Of a stretch of DNA of 5,691 nucleotides, positions 2,971 to 5,691 are shown in pieces. The translations under genes were made by a program, and so were the position numbers. Source of the DNA: a virus; IMG/VR virus record IMGVR_UViG_3300045988_000107, positions 1 to 5,691 of that record; one strand, 5' to 3'. Each line of letters begins with the position of its first letter. Within the stretch, counting starts at the first letter, position 1. The notes beneath the pieces are model-generated. The model was not told the origin of the DNA, did no database searches, and saw only the letters and a list, made by a program, of their open reading frames with translations.

Positions 2971-3990
2971 TTAGAGTGTCCCCCTCTTCTTCATCTGCTT
3001 CTTTATCACCCTTTCTTTTGTCTCGCATTGTTCTGCAAAGTTTGCGTTTTCATACTTTAGCCTGTTTTCTGCTATGACTGCTGCTTGTCTGTTTTGCTTA
3101 ATTCTCCACAATCTTTGTGGGTTTTCGGCTTCCATCATCTTTTCATAATAACGTGGAATTTGTGCGTGTTTTCCGTTTGTACATTGGATGTATCCTTGTC
3201 TCCATATCTCTTCCTTGTGCTCTTGGTAATAGTGGTCTCCCAGTCCCGGTTTTAGGCTCATACATGCGAATGGTTTTTGTTGGCCTAATTCGTAGTATTT
3301 GTTTGCTTTTTTCCCGTCTATTTCGTACATTTTTTTTGTGACGTATCCTGCAACATATCTGTATGTTTCTGGAACTGCTTGTGCTATCTGTATTTGACCC
3401 ATGCCCCATATGTTTTCTAGCCATTGACTTGTGAAGTATCCGTTGTGATGGATTTTATACAGGTTTTCAAGGTCTGTTGGTTTCCATCCATATAGAATCA
3501 TGTGGTAGTGTGGTCTTGCTGTCTGTTCTCCATACTCTCCTGCTACAAAATAGCGTAATTTGCCCTTGTAAGCCTTCCTGAGACGTTTTAGAAACTTTTG
3601 AATGTCTGGAAACAGTAACGTTTGGACGCTTTCTGGGCGTTTCTCTCCTGGCTTCCAGACGTATTGTACTTTTCGCATGATTTCGCCTGTTTTGAGTATC
3701 ATTCCTGGTACGTGTTCGTCATTATAAGTTAGTGTAATAAACCATACTTCTTCTCTTGGATAGTCTCGTGCTTCTAATTCTATACGTGTTGTCCAGTCCT
3801 CTCTCTGTCTTATTCTGCATCCGATGCACTGCCCGCATGGTATCAGCATTACATCTTTTCTAAACATCAAATCTTCATATTTTAGCTGTTTTCCCACTAA
3901 CTGAGAATAGCGGGAGAGTGAGTACACCCTCCCGCTAATGTTTTTGTCGTTAGGGTTGTACAGCCTTATTAATGGCTTGTAACAACTCAT
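2971..3990 (-). CDS. VP4: Replication initiation protein VP4 (rolling-circle HUH endonuclease, phiX174 gpA superfamily), 339 aa
   Basis: Track ORF. AGGTGA lies 9 nt upstream. The ATG overlaps the VP2 stop as ATGA. Motifs: PCGQCIGCRIRQREDW (Cys cluster typical of gokushovirus VP4), WFITLTY (motif 1), RPHYHMILYG (HUH motif 2) and RYVAGYVTKK (motif 3, two Tyr three residues apart as in phiX174 gpA). Stop TAA at 2973..2971. Confidence 0.93.
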   Translation of the reverse strand: MSCYKPLIRLYNPNDKNISGRVYSLSRYSQLVGKQLKYEDLMFRKDVMLIPCGQCIGCRIRQREDWTTRIELEARDYPREEVWFITLTYNDEHVPGMILKTGEIMRKVQYVWKPGEKRPESVQTLLFPDIQKFLKRLRKAYKGKLRYFVAGEYGEQTARPHYHMILYGWKPTDLENLYKIHHNGYFTSQWLENIWGMGQIQIAQAVPETYRYVAGYVTKKMYEIDGKKANKYYELGQQKPFACMSLKPGLGDHYYQEHKEEIWRQGYIQCTNGKHAQIPRYYEKMMEAENPQRLWRIKQNRQAAVIAENRLKYENANFAEQCETKERVIKKQMKKRGTL

Positions 3991-4859
3991 CTTAAGTAAT
4001 CACCTGGCCTTCTTTTTTCTCCGTAGGACCCTGTTTTGTTCTGAGGCGCTTGATAGTTGTTCTTTTGGTCGCCCCTTTTTGTGTCGCTCTTTTTTGGTAC
4101 GTTTTTGTCAATGGCTTCGCCTGTGTCGTCTCCAATTTCGGTTAGCGTTTTCTGCAGTCCGTATGGACTCATGTGTGTACTGCTGAGCATTTGCTGCCAA
4201 CTTTGTGCCGCATTGAACCAGTCGCTTTTACTCCAACTGCTGCTTTCGTATGCGTTAGGTACAAATCCTCCGCTTCGGCTTACTCCTAGTGCACTGCTGC
4301 TTGCAAGTCCCATACTTGCTCCACTGATTGTTCCTGCACTTCCTCCCGGTGTGCTTGCGCCGCCGTTTGCGAATGCTAAGATAGGGTTAAGCCCTGCTTT
4401 TTTCATGTCCTCAACGGCTCGCTGGTACGCTGTGCTAGACATGTGTTCTTGCCATTCACGGTTTGCTAGGGCTTCTGCGCTGTTGTAGTTCATGGCAGTG
4501 CTGTTTTCAATGTGGTTATATACGCCTTGCATAATTGACTGTAATGTATTGTAACCCATCTGTTTTAGCATACTTTGGCTGTTGTACTTGGCTTGCATGG
4601 CGCTTTCTTGCCCTTGATATGCATATGCCTGTTTTAGCCATTCATCAACCTGTTGTACGTTGGTACCCGATTGGCTTCCGCTTTCGGAGTGTCCGCCGCC
4701 CTGGCTTGTGCTGCCGCCGCTACTTTGGCTATTGCCTGTCTGCCCCCATCCGCCAAACGCTCCAGCTACGTTTTTAGCTGCTCCTGCAAAATTTCCGATT
4801 GTGCTTGCTACGTTTCCCGCTACGTTTAGTGCTGTTAAGAGCCCAGATAATCCACTCAT
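3987..4859 (-). CDS. VP2: Minor capsid / DNA pilot protein VP2, 290 aa
   Basis: Track ORF. The central segment NSAEALANREWQEHMSSTAYQRAVEDMKKAGLNPILAFANGGASTPGG matches the conserved gokushovirus VP2 core (..ERMSNTAYQRA.EDMKKAGLNP.LA..). It sits directly downstream of VP1, as is typical. The N-terminus is Gly/Ala-rich and is followed by a Gly/Ser/Gln low-complexity linker. Confidence 0.9.
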   Translation of the reverse strand: MSGLSGLLTALNVAGNVASTIGNFAGAAKNVAGAFGGWGQTGNSQSSGGSTSQGGGHSESGSQSGTNVQQVDEWLKQAYAYQGQESAMQAKYNSQSMLKQMGYNTLQSIMQGVYNHIENSTAMNYNSAEALANREWQEHMSSTAYQRAVEDMKKAGLNPILAFANGGASTPGGSAGTISGASMGLASSSALGVSRSGGFVPNAYESSSWSKSDWFNAAQSWQQMLSSTHMSPYGLQKTLTEIGDDTGEAIDKNVPKKSDTKRGDQKNNYQAPQNKTGSYGEKRRPGDYLR

Positions 4860-4860
4860 T

Positions 4861-4887
4861 TAAAAATAGCCCGGATTTCTCCGGGCT
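4861..4887 (-). terminator. Candidate partial terminator (attenuator) hairpin between VP1 and VP2
   Basis: The minus strand between the VP1 TAA (4900..4898) and the VP2 ATG (4859) reads GAAAGGAGGA-AGCCCGG-AGAAAT-CCGGGCT-ATTTTTAA-ATG. This gives a 7-bp GC-rich stem (4887..4868) with a 6-nt loop, followed by ATTTTT. Confidence 0.5.
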
Positions 4888-4897
4888 TCCTCCTTTC

Positions 4898-5691
4898 TTA
4901 CAGCTTGTACAAGCCCGGTACGCTGTACAACGGCATCCGTCTTGTCGTTTTGTTTGCTACGCGGATAGCTCCGAAAAATTGCGGCTCATTCTCCACGATG
5001 AGTGTTCGCGCAATTTCGTTTTTGCTTTCTTGCATCCAGCCTTGCGATAGTGTTGGTACGGTTGAATAATTGTCTGCGTAGTGCCAGAAATCTAACGTTC
5101 CTGTTGCGTTGCTTCGCATGAGGCCGCTTACCCGGTTTGGTTTCATTCGGTAGTCCGCCCAGGCCTCCTGGTAGCCGAACGTTTCTTCGTCCGTTGTATT
5201 GCCGGTCAACATGATTTCCTTTTTCTTTACGGGCTGTTCGCCTAGATTTGCAAACTGCGGTACATAGTAGTCCAGTCTGTCTTTTCGGCTCCAGAAACGC
5301 TCCAAGCCCTGCTGATAACTGCGATTGTGTCGCACACAACAGACACCAATTACAAACCCATGCTCTTCAAAAGATTTGGTAAAAGAGCTTTCGTTTATCG
5401 GCGTCACTGACATTGCACCAGTTTCGCCCAGCGATGACTTATCGTTTTCCGCTGTCTGCACGATTTGGTTGATATTGATGTGATATCTTCCGCCGCCCAG
5501 GTATTCTGGAATCTGTACCGTTTTGTCGCTGATAGTTACATTCCACAGTGCTTGTACCTGTTCGCGGTATCGGCTGCCGCCTCGTGCGAGCGCTTCGTAG
5601 TACTGCTGTACTGCTACGGCTTTTCTTAAGTCGTTGATGGTTGCTGCGGTTACTGCTCCTAGATTTGCGCCTAAGTATGCCGTGTCTGCGG
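4898..5691 (-). CDS. VP1: Major capsid protein VP1, 3-prime part. Same gene as 1..936; bases 5615..5691 duplicate 1..77.
   Basis: The frame is continuous with 1..936 across the junction (position 1 equals 5615; 936 nt is exactly 312 codons). Hand translation upstream of track ORF 4898..5461 is open to the window end: ...TAATINDLRKAVAVQQYYEALARGGSRYREQVQALWNVTISDKTVQIPEYLGGGRYHININQIVQTAEND... This carries the conserved capsid motifs INDLR, ARGG.RY and PEYLGG. The M shown at 5461 in the track is an internal GTG (Val). Stop is TAA at 4900..4898. The whole gene is 1653 nt, 550 aa, on the 5614-nt circle. Confidence 0.92.
   Translation of the reverse strand, partial: ADTAYLGANLGAVTAATINDLRKAVAVQQYYEALARGGSRYREQVQALWNVTISDKTVQIPEYLGGGRYHININQIVQTAENDKSSLGETGAMSVTPINESSFTKSFEEHGFVIGVCCVRHNRSYQQGLERFWSRKDRLDYYVPQFANLGEQPVKKKEIMLTGNTTDEETFGYQEAWADYRMKPNRVSGLMRSNATGTLDFWHYADNYSTVPTLSQGWMQESKNEIARTLIVENEPQFFGAIRVANKTTRRMPLYSVPGLYKL
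5615..5691. repeat. Terminal direct repeat, right copy (circular-closure overlap)
   Basis: Identical to 1..77. The unique genome length is therefore 5614 nt. Confidence 0.97.

Noticed and set aside
3143-3424. Minus-strand 93-aa ORF in an alternative frame inside VP4, considered as a phiX174-style overlapping gene.
   Set aside because: There is no SD upstream of its ATG. The product is extremely Arg/Lys/Thr-rich with no hydrophobic or recognisable motif. It cannot be excluded without comparative data.
317-5050. All plus-strand ORFs in the supplied track: 317..544, 562..801, 830..1075, 1197..1439, 1201..1584, 1476..1856, 1670..1960, 2064..2321, 3117..3341, 4057..4488, 4535..4777, 4660..4863 and 4799..5050.
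   Set aside because: Each lies antisense to a minus-strand gene with strong motif or packing support. Their products are Phe/Leu/Cys/Ser-rich low-complexity strings typical of translating the T-rich antisense strand. The ones I checked start at non-ATG codons, and I saw no SD motifs. No family motifs were recognised.
4986-5339. Minus-strand 117-aa ORF in an alternative frame inside VP1.
   Set aside because: It has a TTG start, no SD and a basic low-complexity product. It is most likely a frame artefact.

Overview
The window is one complete circular genome of a small ssDNA phage of the family Microviridae, with a Gokushovirinae-type gene set. Bases 1..77 are repeated exactly at 5615..5691, so the unique circle is 5614 nt. 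The major capsid gene is only complete when read across that junction. All credible genes lie on the minus strand and are tightly packed, with 2-17 nt gaps or overlaps and a purine-rich Shine-Dalgarno (SD) motif before nearly every start. Order on the coding strand: noncoding region (2970 down to 2441), M15-type zinc peptidase, 40-aa ORF, 75-aa ORF, 40-aa basic ORF8/J-like DNA-binding protein, VP5-like protein, VP3 scaffold, VP1 capsid (wraps the junction), VP2 pilot protein, VP4 Rep. The core genes are ordinary for the family. Five things deserve a second look. (1) A peptidoglycan-peptidase gene with no signal peptide and no visible holin partner. (2) Two small unknown ORFs chained to it. (3) A 530-nt modular noncoding region carrying about ten same-orientation TTTCAACA/TTTTCCACA iterons; two copies fit the relaxed DnaA-box consensus and an AT-rich spacer sits between clusters. 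(4) A tandem pair of about 24-nt alternating pyrimidine-G tracts that are Z-DNA and cruciform prone. (5) Further tandem repeats and GC-rich hairpins in the same region. Three genes or gene parts are missing from the supplied ORF track and were found by hand translation: the VP1 N-terminal part, ORF8 and the 40-aa ORF. All family assignments rest on motifs recognised from memory. No database search was possible.
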